DNA of 64,000 nt from an uncultured bacterium (GCA_963713855.1 OY970209.1:896001-960000), one strand, 5' to 3'. Positions 1 to 9,410 are shown, numbered from the stretch's first letter. Notes: generated from the sequence alone by a model not told the origin. Program-made: numbers and translations.

Positions 1-300
1 GTAAATGTAACTATAGTTGCACAAGTTGTTACTTTGTCGATAATGGATAAGATTTTCATTAAAGAGCGCTTTTGCCATGAGTATGTTGTTTAAAAAGAGC
101 GTAGATAGGTCGAGGTATTTTTTTCTACGAAGAAGCCAATAGTCAGTCAAACGATGTTACCGATTTTATTGTCCAAGCTGGCTTTGTGTGCTGCTAAATC
201 GTACCCTTTACCAAGTGGCTCTTTAAATCCTCGATCGATAGCAGTGTCTCCAATTAGCTTCTACCTTGCAACTTCAGATAGTGTTTCAAATACGTTTCAG
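1..300 (+). pseudogene. Internally deleted relic of a paralogue of the beta-propeller gene at 472-3822
   Basis: nt 1-134 align to nt ~400-533 (upstream region plus N-terminus: MSMLFKKSVDRSRYFFLRR vs MTILFKNCVDRAKYFILRR). nt 135-298 align to nt ~3271-3435 (blade 19-20 region). Stop after 21 codons. Confidence 0.85.
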
Positions 301-471
301 AACTTTATGAGACTGTGCGCTGGAAGAGTTGGTCAAGTGCTCAATATTACATCACTGGCAATGATACGGGCATGGGCGTGCATGCTATCACGAAGCGATG
401 CAAATGTAACGTTGGTTGCACAAGTCTTGACTTTGTGCAAGAATGGGTGAAATTTTTACGAAAGAACACTC

Positions 472-3400
472 GTGATGACTATACTATTTAAAAATTGCGT
501 AGATAGGGCGAAGTATTTTATTTTACGAAGAACGATTTTAGTATTAAGCTCACTCACTATTTTCACTTTTAGTTTGCTGATTCAAGCTATAAACGAAGCA
601 AGTTACCCACTACCGGGAGCTTCTCTATGGCCTTTTTCCCTAGCATATTCACCTAACGGCTCATATCTTGCCACTGCTAACCTAAATGATATTTCACTAT
701 TTAACGTTGGCGCAGGAGGAACGTTAACGAGTGGCGATTCGTCATCTCTTCCGGCAGGTCCGACTATGCCTCGTTCCGGAACACTCTCACCCAATGGCTT
801 ATATCTTGCCACCGCTAACGAGTCAACCAATGATGTAACCATATTTACAGTTGGAACGGGAGGAGTAATAACAGGACAGGTTTCCCATCCTCTTCCTTCA
901 GGTTCTTTATTGCCTTTATCAATAGCATTTTCGCCTTCAGGCAATTACCTTGTTACTGCTAATTTTGGTTCTAACGATGTAACTCTATTCAATGTGGGCG
1001 CCAACGGAATACTAGATAGCGGCACTTCATACCCGATACCCGTTCATTCTCTCGCTCCAAATTGTGTTGCGTTTTCGCCTAACGGTTTTTATCTCGCTGT
1101 TGCTAATTACAATTCAAATAATGTAACGCTCTTTAACGTAGGAGCGGGAGGGCTTTTGACGAACGCTATTTCTTATCCAGTTGGCTCTTCCCCTTGCTTG
1201 GCTGTAACATTTTCACCAGATAGTTCATACCTTATTGTTACCAATAACGGTGTTAATGTGTTCAGTGTTGGGGCAGGAGGAGTGCTAAGCTCAGGAAGCT
1301 TGTATGCGTTGCCTGCCGGTTCAGCTGGTCCTGTCTCAGTTGTATTTTCATCCAGTGGTTCATTTCTTGTTACAGCAAACTCATTATCTAACGACGTAAC
1401 CGTGTTTCAGGTGGGGTCCTCAGGCATATTGAGCGGGGCGGTTTCGTATCCATTGCCTGCTGGTTCTATAGGTCCCCAGACTGTCGTCTTCTCTTCAAGC
1501 GGATTGTATCTTGCTACAGCTAACTATAGCTCTTCAGACGTTACTGTGTTTCAGGTTGGCTCGGGCGGAGCGCTCAGTGGAGAGGTTTCATATGCATTAC
1601 CTATCCCCCTGTCTTTTCCAGCTTCATTAGCATTTTTAGCAAATGATTCTTATCTTGTCACAATCAATTATGTATTGCAGGATAACATAACTAAATTTAA
1701 TGTAGGAACAGGAGGAACGTTAAGCGGAGCTGTTTCATATCAGGTCTTATCTAATTCAATACAGTCTGTTGCAATAGCTTTCTCGCCAAATAGCTTATAT
1801 CTTGCAACAGCTGACCTTGTTGCAAACGAAGTGTCACTGTTTACGCTAGGAGCGGGAGGAACACTAAATGGCGGTACATCTTACCCATTGCCCCCTACAT
1901 CATACGGTCCCAACGCCATAGCTTTTTCACCAAGTGGATCTTATCTAGTTACCGCTAATAACTCGCTCGATGTGACAGTATTCACTGTGCAAGCGGGCGT
2001 GCTTAGTGTGGGCACATCCTACCCATTACCGGCAGGTGCTTCTCCGCCAGGATCGGTGGCGTTTTCACCCAATGGCTTGTACTTGGCTACCGCCAATCGC
2101 GGGCCGGTTAATGAAGTGACTATATTCACAGTCGGAGCCGGAGGAATCCTCAATGGAGGTACCTTGTATTCTCTGCCAGCAGGTTCTAACTACCCGTCTT
2201 CAATAGCATTTTCTCCAAATAACTCCTACCTTGCTACAGCTAATACAAACTCTGATAATGTCACTGTATTTACCGTAGGATCAGGAGGAGTTTTAAGTGG
2301 AGCAACTTCCTATCCAATGCCCCCCGGTTCCTTTGAGCCACAATCAATAACTTTTTCCCCAGATGGCCTGTATCTTCTAACCGCTAATGTGGGCTCAAAC
2401 GATGTAACGGTGTTTAATGTGGGAACGGGAGGTACTCTAAGCTCTCCAGCTTCTTACCCTTTGCCTTCTGGATGCACAAATCCTCAACAGGCAATATTTT
2501 CGCCAAATGGCTTAGATGTTGCTACAGCCAATTTTGGCTCATCAAATCTCAGCGTATTTACCGTAACAAACGGAATACTTAGTGCTGCTCAAACGTATCC
2601 TTTGCCCCCGCTATTTAAGGGATCTCGTGCACCGACGGCAATTGCTTTTTCGCCAGACAATGCCTATGTAGCTACAGCAAATCTTGATACGAGCGACATA
2701 ACACTTTTTAACGTGGAAGCACTTAACAATACATTTACTTTAGGAGCAAAAAAATCTTATCCGCTACCATACAATCGCGTTAACCCATCGCTTCCTGTTG
2801 CGATAGCTTTTTCTTTAGACAATTCATATGTATTGACTGCGAATGATGGGTCTAACGATGTAACTGTATTTAACTTAGTAGGCGGAGAACTCGTACGTGC
2901 TATTTCTTACCCATTGCCAGCAAATGGTACAAATCCAACGTCATTGCAGGTATCACCCGATGATCGCTATGTTGCGACTGCCAATAGCGACTCCAACACC
3001 ATTGTTGTTTTCAATTTCGCTGGAGGAATTTTAACTAATCCAACAAGTTGGGCATTGCCCAGTGGCGCTTTAAATCCTCAGGCATTAGCTTTCTCGCCCG
3101 ATGGTTCGTATCTTGCGACCGCAAACTATGGTTCGAGCAACGTTGCTCTTTTCGCCGTCTCGTCGGGTGCGTTACAAAGCGGAACTTTAGCAGCTCTCCC
3201 TCAGGGATCTGCGGGACCCCAAGCGCTCACGTTCGTTTCTCCATCAACCAATCTTTTGCTTTTGGTTACTGCTAATAGTCAGTCAAATGATATTACCGCG
3301 TTTACGGTGCAAGCGGGGGTTTTGGGTGCTGCTAAATCTTACTCTTTGCCAAGTGGCTCTTTAAATCCTCGATCGATAGCAGTGTCTCCAAATAACTTCT

Positions 3401-3822
3401 ACCTTGCAACTTCAGATAGTGCTTCAAACACGTTTACGCTATATACCATCGATGGAGGAGCATTTAGCTCGGCTACTTCCTACAATTTACCTATTAACTC
3501 GACGCGCTGCGTAGGGGTAACCTTTGGACCAAACACTACCAGCAATGGAGATGTGTACCTGGCTACAGCAAACTTCGCTTCAAATGATGTGACCGTGGCC
3601 GGATTATTGGGAGGCGGTAGCGGAAACGGAGCTACTGGAGATGGTAGCAGTTTACCAATAGGAGTTATTGTTGGAGTCAGCGTAGGAGTTCCGGTCGCGT
3701 TCGCTCTTGTTGCGGGAGTCGCTGCTCTAACAGCTTTTTTGGCCTATAAATATTTGCATAGACATCCGGCCGGCAGTGTGAATTTTGGAGGAAATGAATC
3801 AGCAGAGCTTTCCAGCTTATAA
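472..3822 (+). CDS. Membrane-anchored 21-blade beta-propeller (WD40/lactonase-like repeat) surface protein
   Basis: N-terminal hydrophobic signal. 21 repeats of ~46 aa (S/A-x-A-F-S-P-N/D-G-x-Y-L-A-T-A-N...D-V-T-V-F). Gly linker, one C-terminal TM helix, short tail. Confidence 0.85.
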   Translation: MMTILFKNCVDRAKYFILRRTILVLSSLTIFTFSLLIQAINEASYPLPGASLWPFSLAYSPNGSYLATANLNDISLFNVGAGGTLTSGDSSSLPAGPTMPRSGTLSPNGLYLATANESTNDVTIFTVGTGGVITGQVSHPLPSGSLLPLSIAFSPSGNYLVTANFGSNDVTLFNVGANGILDSGTSYPIPVHSLAPNCVAFSPNGFYLAVANYNSNNVTLFNVGAGGLLTNAISYPVGSSPCLAVTFSPDSSYLIVTNNGVNVFSVGAGGVLSSGSLYALPAGSAGPVSVVFSSSGSFLVTANSLSNDVTVFQVGSSGILSGAVSYPLPAGSIGPQTVVFSSSGLYLATANYSSSDVTVFQVGSGGALSGEVSYALPIPLSFPASLAFLANDSYLVTINYVLQDNITKFNVGTGGTLSGAVSYQVLSNSIQSVAIAFSPNSLYLATADLVANEVSLFTLGAGGTLNGGTSYPLPPTSYGPNAIAFSPSGSYLVTANNSLDVTVFTVQAGVLSVGTSYPLPAGASPPGSVAFSPNGLYLATANRGPVNEVTIFTVGAGGILNGGTLYSLPAGSNYPSSIAFSPNNSYLATANTNSDNVTVFTVGSGGVLSGATSYPMPPGSFEPQSITFSPDGLYLLTANVGSNDVTVFNVGTGGTLSSPASYPLPSGCTNPQQAIFSPNGLDVATANFGSSNLSVFTVTNGILSAAQTYPLPPLFKGSRAPTAIAFSPDNAYVATANLDTSDITLFNVEALNNTFTLGAKKSYPLPYNRVNPSLPVAIAFSLDNSYVLTANDGSNDVTVFNLVGGELVRAISYPLPANGTNPTSLQVSPDDRYVATANSDSNTIVVFNFAGGILTNPTSWALPSGALNPQALAFSPDGSYLATANYGSSNVALFAVSSGALQSGTLAALPQGSAGPQALTFVSPSTNLLLLVTANSQSNDITAFTVQAGVLGAAKSYSLPSGSLNPRSIAVSPNNFYLATSDSASNTFTLYTIDGGAFSSATSYNLPINSTRCVGVTFGPNTTSNGDVYLATANFASNDVTVAGLLGGGSGNGATGDGSSLPIGVIVGVSVGVPVAFALVAGVAALTAFLAYKYLHRHPAGSVNFGGNESAELSSL

Positions 3823-4096
3823 ACTGCGAATAATAGAACACATTGGGGAGTTCGGCGCGGGATATCAGCGACTCGTAACATGAAAGAGCCTAACTTTATC
3901 TCTAGCAGCTTGCTACAATTCACCGGGCTAATTTGTAAAGCTTTCGGGCAAGGCATACCCAAACTACCTTGCTGCGATATTGAAAAGATAGTTGCGTTTA
4001 AGGTACTTAAGTTGGCATCAGCTGTCTGAAGGTTCGGAGCCAACTGGGTAAAGCGTACAATGTTCCAGACTAAGGTGATGCATTATGATCGGTTAT

Positions 4097-5527
4097 ATGC
4101 CTAAAAAACTACTTATTTTTCTTGCGATGGCCCCCTGCATTTTATATGGCATGGAAGTGGGTGAAGAAGAACCTACAAAAGTGGATTCTGAAGCTACGCG
4201 TATCGATCGGCAAAACATACTTACCGTTCTTGAAGATGCTTATAATAGTCAGCTTCAAAAAGATCTTCAATTTCTTTGTGAGCACGCTCTTGAAGATTGC
4301 TTTCTCTTTACTATTGTTTTGAAGTTTTTTGAAGGCAAGAACACGAACAGAATTATTAAAACAATTATTCAAAAAGGCGCTGCCCAGCTTACAGTTTATC
4401 GTAATGCTTGTTTTGAAGCTTTAACTTATAATGATATTAAGCTACTTAATTGGCTCCAGGATCGCGGATTTGATGTTATTGGCTGCAAATATGCGTTTGG
4501 AGAGAGTGGTGCTCATATAGCTGCTTCTTGGGATAACGTTATCGTATTAGAGTGGCTCTACTTACATGGCGCTGATTTTAATGCGCGAGACAGTGAAGGG
4601 GTTAAACCCTTTGATAGAGCGGCTAGGCGAGGCGCTACTAATGCGATGGAATGGTTTTTTAGGCACACGACACAAAGAGCAATCAGTCATGATTCATTAG
4701 ATAACATATTAAGCGGGCTTGAGAACGGAATTTATGTTTGTCTATGGAAAAAAGGTACGCAACTGCACTCGCCACTTATACCCCTCTTGTGGTTGTTCGA
4801 GCATGCTGCTCTCTTGACCGACCGACAAGACCTAAATGCACGTCTTGGCAGCATCTTACAAAGATGGCCCTTTTCTGGGGTGTTATTTCATGATTCTGCG
4901 ACACTTTTAGGACTCGTACGAAACCTCAAGCCTGATAAAGATACCCAATGTTTTAATCATATTTTCTTGTTTTTGGCCGGTCGAGGAGAAAATTTTGTTG
5001 AAATTGTGTTGGAAAAAAAAATAGTGATCAGCATTCAACTTTTAAGATTTGCCTTAGAAACCGCTCTGGCACGCGGTAAAAGGCAAGTATTTGAAGTACT
5101 TTTTACTCATCTGCGCTCACGTTTACTACCCTCTAATGAAATGGTGGGCGAGAGCGATGATAGCGAACAATGTAAGTTTCTTACCAGAGAACTTTTATAT
5201 TTATCTGTAATAAGAGATAGCCCAGAAATTATGGATTATTTGTTGAGCTTTACGCCGCATTTACGAGAAAACATAGAATGCGTATTGGATCGCCTTAATT
5301 ACCTCGTCGCCACTTTTCAGCACGAACCGGCTGTAATTGAGCGTCTGATTGGTGTTCGTGGTAGGCTCATTGATATCCTTGTGAGCAGCTTAGATAACGA
5401 GCTAGATGAAGAGCAGAAAGTTAAAAAGGGGATTTTCAGAGTTTTATTTCCTAACGCTACTGAAGATGTTCGTGATCTTCCCAGCGAATTGTGGCGAATA
5501 ATGATGCATAAAGCATACAGTTTATAA
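4097..5527 (+). CDS. Secreted ankyrin-repeat protein with C-terminal F-box-like motif (ORF track start 4085)
   Basis: Signal peptide MPKKLLIFLAMAPCILYG; ankyrin motifs GESGAHIAA...GADFNARDSEGVKPFDRAA; C-terminal DLPSELWRIMM. Confidence 0.75.
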   Translation: MPKKLLIFLAMAPCILYGMEVGEEEPTKVDSEATRIDRQNILTVLEDAYNSQLQKDLQFLCEHALEDCFLFTIVLKFFEGKNTNRIIKTIIQKGAAQLTVYRNACFEALTYNDIKLLNWLQDRGFDVIGCKYAFGESGAHIAASWDNVIVLEWLYLHGADFNARDSEGVKPFDRAARRGATNAMEWFFRHTTQRAISHDSLDNILSGLENGIYVCLWKKGTQLHSPLIPLLWLFEHAALLTDRQDLNARLGSILQRWPFSGVLFHDSATLLGLVRNLKPDKDTQCFNHIFLFLAGRGENFVEIVLEKKIVISIQLLRFALETALARGKRQVFEVLFTHLRSRLLPSNEMVGESDDSEQCKFLTRELLYLSVIRDSPEIMDYLLSFTPHLRENIECVLDRLNYLVATFQHEPAVIERLIGVRGRLIDILVSSLDNELDEEQKVKKGIFRVLFPNATEDVRDLPSELWRIMMHKAYSL

Positions 5528-5806
5528 CGACAGAGAGAAAATTTCGTCTACCATAATGTCTCATTATATCGGGAGCACGCGATGTCCATTTCAAATTGAC
5601 GATGGCGACTACCTTTTAAACGTGACGGACAAATTTACTTTCGAAGATTAAATTTGTCCAAGCTTTTAGCTCGAACTAGGACGAATTTAGTTCAATACCT
5701 CGATTTACGGGGCGAGCTTAATCACAGGGAAGGTAGCCCAAGCCGGCGATCATCTGGGACCTCTTAGGCTCGTGAACATCTCAGCGAAGTATTACGATAA
5801 AAGTTA

Positions 5807-5836
5807 TTGACAAGAAGTTTTGTCTAATGGTATTAT
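5807..5836 (+). promoter_or_regulatory. sigma70-type promoter for the leader peptide and ABC operon
   Basis: TTGACA (5807-5812), 18-nt spacer, TG-n-TATTAT (-10 at 5831-5836). Confidence 0.65.
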
Positions 5837-5880
5837 TACGATTGTTAGTGTTGTACTATACCTTTTAGAAGGAGCTTGCC

Positions 5881-6021
5881 ATGTTTTTAGTTGAGAGAAG
5901 CTTCTTTTCAAGAAGCCTTGATCTCTCGAAGAATATAAGTGGTATTTTTGATGCCACCTATCCATGCTATTGCTTTTCTCATCTCTATTTCTTTTCTCAC
6001 CGCACCCATCATCATTGCTAG
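5881..6021 (+). CDS. Putative His-rich leader peptide (46 aa)
   Basis: AGAAGGAG Shine-Dalgarno then ATG. Translates MFLVERSFFSRSLDLSKNISGIFDATYPCYCFSHLYFFSHRTHHHC*. Lies between the promoter and the ABC operon. Confidence 0.55.
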   Translation: MFLVERSFFSRSLDLSKNISGIFDATYPCYCFSHLYFFSHRTHHHC

Positions 6022-6114
6022 TTTTTTTGTTTTATTAGAGCAGTTTGGCTCTTATAGTAGCGTAACGTTTAAACCGCGTTAATGATCTTTTTTAAATAAC
6101 TTTATGGGTGACGT

Positions 6115-6900
6115 ATGTCAAAAAAAGTTTTAGTGGCATCTCTATGCCTGATAGCATTTTTCAGTAATTATTTTATGAGTAACGAGGAAAAAAGACCGGT
6201 AAAAACATTGACTGTGGGGATGATGAGCGGCTGGGCACCATTCATGTCGGTTAATGATAGCGGGAATTATGAAGGCTTCGACGTTGATGTAGCAAAAGCA
6301 CTTTCTGAGCGCTTGGGCGCACAATTGGTTATTAAGGACCTGGGATCACTTGCTTCCTGTTTTATTGCACTTCAACAAAATAGCGTTGATCTGGTTTTGT
6401 CTGGGCTTGATATAACCCAGAAACGTCTTGAAACTATGAACATGGTACCTTATCTTGGTAAGGGCTTTAAGGAATACTATTTGGTTTTTTGGAACGAAAT
6501 TCCCGCTGGAGTTTTAAAACTTGAAGACCTTAAGAATATACAAAATCCCGTCGTCTGTGTTGAGCCTGGTAATTCACCAGAAAAGTTTCTTGATCGTTAT
6601 GATTACATAACCAAAAAACAACTGAGCTCATTATCAGATATTGTACTTGATCTGGGGTACGGTAAATCGTTAGCGGCATTTCTTGAACCTCAAGTGGTAA
6701 AAAGATTGAGCCAAATACGACCAGAGATCGTTTCTTTGGCAGTGCCGTTGCCTGAGGAATTTCAGGTATTTGGATACGGAATTGCGTTACAAAAAAAGAA
6801 TACCGTTCTTACAAACGCTATCACAAGCATAATACAACAGCTAAGAACAGAAGGGCTTTTGCAGCAACTTGAAACAAAATGGAAAGTGGATGGGGTATAA
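6115..6900 (+). CDS. Polar amino-acid ABC transporter substrate-binding protein (SBP family 3)
   Basis: Motifs APF...GFDVDVAKAL, LSGLDIT, GYGIAL. Confidence 0.9.
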   Translation: MSKKVLVASLCLIAFFSNYFMSNEEKRPVKTLTVGMMSGWAPFMSVNDSGNYEGFDVDVAKALSERLGAQLVIKDLGSLASCFIALQQNSVDLVLSGLDITQKRLETMNMVPYLGKGFKEYYLVFWNEIPAGVLKLEDLKNIQNPVVCVEPGNSPEKFLDRYDYITKKQLSSLSDIVLDLGYGKSLAAFLEPQVVKRLSQIRPEIVSLAVPLPEEFQVFGYGIALQKKNTVLTNAITSIIQQLRTEGLLQQLETKWKVDGV

Positions 6901-6902
6901 TC

Positions 6903-7565
6903 ATGGTGCTTTCATTTTTAAAAACAAGTGGCCCTCTTCTTGCTCAAGGAGCTTTCATGACGCTTTTTGTGTGGTTGGTAAGCAGCGTTATGGCGTTGGT
7001 CTTAGGTACTTTTTGGGGCGTCTTACGAAGTTACCACATGCGTATCAGGTATGTATCTTGCTTTCTTGACTTAGCATCATTCATATTGAGAGGAATTCCC
7101 TACTACGTACAACTTCTTATAGCCTATTTTGTCATTCCTCACATCGTCGGTATTAACGTATCAGCGCTCACCGCTGCAATCATTTCACTTGGCTTATGTT
7201 CTTCAGCGTACATAAGCCAAGTAGTATACGGTACCATGAATGCGTTGCCTTCCGGGCTATGGGAAGCGTGCTTTGTACTTGGATACTCATCATATCAAGC
7301 ACTCATACGAGTTATTTTGCCTCTGACAGTGCGTAATGCGTTACCAGTATTTATCAATGAACTAGATCAGCTTCTTAAGACAACGGCGATCCTTTCAACG
7401 ATTGGTATTCTCGAATTGACGCGTGCGGGCATGAATATTATTGCACGTGAAATGAACCCGATACCTGTCTATCTAACACTTGCTCTTATATACCTAGCAG
7501 CCTCAACCGTACTTACTCTTGTCTCCCGCGTTGTCGAAAAAAGGATGTCTTATGTTGTCAGGTAA
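6903..7565 (+). CDS. Polar amino-acid ABC transporter permease (HisM/GlnP-like)
   Basis: RGIPYYVQLL, EAA-like loop GLWEACFVLG, LLKTTAILSTIG. Confidence 0.9.
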   Translation: MVLSFLKTSGPLLAQGAFMTLFVWLVSSVMALVLGTFWGVLRSYHMRIRYVSCFLDLASFILRGIPYYVQLLIAYFVIPHIVGINVSALTAAIISLGLCSSAYISQVVYGTMNALPSGLWEACFVLGYSSYQALIRVILPLTVRNALPVFINELDQLLKTTAILSTIGILELTRAGMNIIAREMNPIPVYLTLALIYLAASTVLTLVSRVVEKRMSYVVR

Positions 7566-8268
7566 TATAAAACGATTGTCATATAATAAGGCGCCGATTC
7601 TTACAGATATTTCATGTACTATTGAGTACGGACGAATCACGAGCTTTATTGGAAAAAGCGGATCGGGAAAAACGACCCTATTGCGGTGTCTTGCTGGACT
7701 TGAAAAAACCTATGAAGGCTTGGTTACGCTTGATGGAAATGATATTGGTACATTTGAGGCGCAGCAACGTGCTGAGGCTCTCGGTTTTGTTGCTCAAAAT
7801 GTATATCTTTTTCCACAGCTTACTGCAATCCAAAATTGTGTACAACCCTTGCGTGTTGTAAAAAATGTGCCAAAGGATGTGGCTGTGGACAAGGCTTTTA
7901 CCGTTTTGAAGAGCCTTGGTATGGAAACATTTGCTGATAACTATCCTGGACAGCTTTCCGGCGGTCAGCAGCAACGAGTTGCTCTTGCGCGAGCATTGTG
8001 CTTAGAGCCGAAGATACTGTTGCTTGATGAGCCAACGTCCGCGCTTGATCCCGAAAATACGGCTATAGTTGCCCAGCTACTAAAGCGGCTAACAGAACAA
8101 GGTATTGGTATTGGTGTTTCAAGTCAGGATACGGGTTTTATACGCAGCATCATGGACAGAGTTTACTTAATCGAGGCAGGCTCTATCACTGCTCAATTAG
8201 ATAAAAAAGTATGCAATCAAATGAATGAAAATATTCCAATTTCAGTCTTTTTAAAAAATGTTACATAA
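7552..8268 (+). CDS. Polar amino-acid ABC transporter ATP-binding protein (GlnQ/HisP-like)
   Basis: Walker A GKSGSGKT, signature LSGGQ, Walker B LLLDEPTSALDP. Confidence 0.92.
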   Translation: MLSGNIKRLSYNKAPILTDISCTIEYGRITSFIGKSGSGKTTLLRCLAGLEKTYEGLVTLDGNDIGTFEAQQRAEALGFVAQNVYLFPQLTAIQNCVQPLRVVKNVPKDVAVDKAFTVLKSLGMETFADNYPGQLSGGQQQRVALARALCLEPKILLLDEPTSALDPENTAIVAQLLKRLTEQGIGIGVSSQDTGFIRSIMDRVYLIEAGSITAQLDKKVCNQMNENIPISVFLKNVT

Positions 8269-8355
8269 AACGATATGATCATTAGGCTTTTGTCTTTATT
8301 TAAATCGTAAATATCGTATAATGAAACTATTATGATAGTTACAAAGTGAGACTTT

Positions 8356-8859
8356 ATGAAAAAATATCTATTGTTTTTTACGTGCATTTACTTATTTAGT
8401 GGTGCATCTGTGTCGCAATCGATGCATCAAAATAGTTCCTCAGAGGATCAGGTGCAAGGGGCCGATAATAACGATCATTTTATGCTGGGAGTTTTTCTAG
8501 GAGCGGTTCTTTTAAGCGATCTTGAAACGATTGATATTGCGATGGATACTCTCATGGACCAAGATACGATTTCGCCAAAGTGGCTCGAAGCGATAAAAGA
8601 CGCCCTTGAGAGAGCTGATTGGGAACAAGATCAAGAAACAGCAGACCACGTACGAATGCGGCTTAGGCTCATTGAACAAAGCCAGGCCGAAAGGGCGCGA
8701 GGTACTGGTTCCCGCGATGAGAAACCGACGCCTAGACAAGGTCCTAGATTGCCAATTTGGGTTGAGATAATCCGCGGCATAGATGCTTCTGAATCCCCTA
8801 TTATTGAAGAAGAAGAAGGATTCTGGTACAGAGTTGTTCCGCAGAGAGAGAATTGTTGA
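8356..8859 (+). CDS. Hypothetical secreted protein
   Basis: Signal peptide MKKYLLFFTCIYLFSGASVSQS; no recognisable domain. Confidence 0.65.
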   Translation: MKKYLLFFTCIYLFSGASVSQSMHQNSSSEDQVQGADNNDHFMLGVFLGAVLLSDLETIDIAMDTLMDQDTISPKWLEAIKDALERADWEQDQETADHVRMRLRLIEQSQAERARGTGSRDEKPTPRQGPRLPIWVEIIRGIDASESPIIEEEEGFWYRVVPQRENC

Positions 8860-9281
8860 CGTGGCTGAAGCTTAATGCGCCAGAAAGAGCGCGAGAAAGA
8901 GAAGAGCGATTAAGTAAAAGACGTCGGGAAGCTAGGTTAAGGGAAATAGAGCGAAGAAATGCCCAGCTAGGCCAACCGGAAAGAGAGCAACAAAAGGAAT
9001 CACGTTTCATGATTACAAGACCTCAAGACGTTACTCCACGTGGAGATTCTTATTACGGAGAAGTAACGAATAATCCTGACCTTTTATTTCCTCACGTATT
9101 TAACGCCGCATTTAGCCAGTCTGCTCATCGAGAACAAATGAGGCAACTTTTGGGTCAGCTCCCGGGTAATTCGCTGAGAGAGCAATTTCAAAATTGTGTT
9201 TACAACCTGCAAGTATTCTTTGCGATAGTAATGCTTGTTATCAGGCAAGGCGGACTGCAACGTTATGCGCAGTCTTTTTAA
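8853..9281 (+). CDS. Hypothetical protein (Arg/Glu-rich, C-terminal hydrophobic segment); possibly a frameshifted continuation of 8356-8859
   Basis: Overlaps the upstream stop, has only a TTG start, and follows a GAGAGAGA run. Confidence 0.45.
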   Translation: MLTWLKLNAPERAREREERLSKRRREARLREIERRNAQLGQPEREQQKESRFMITRPQDVTPRGDSYYGEVTNNPDLLFPHVFNAAFSQSAHREQMRQLLGQLPGNSLREQFQNCVYNLQVFFAIVMLVIRQGGLQRYAQSF

Positions 9282-9410
9282 AAAGATTGAAAGACTTTCA
9301 AGGCTAATAATGTGCAAGTAATATGCTCGGTTATTTTTGTAAAATGAGCCATTTTGGGGTAGATTTTTAGCCATGGCACGGATAAATTCGATTTTTAGTG
9401 CGAGGATTGT

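Noticed and set aside
135..298. Diversity-generating retroelement template/variable repeat pair (135-298 vs ~3271-3435)
   Set aside because: Mismatches are not adenine-specific (many C/T and G/T changes plus an indel), and no reverse transcriptase lies in the window.
154..450. 98-aa ORF as a functional gene
   Set aside because: It is a chimeric frame running through the propeller relic and into the promoter of 472-3822.
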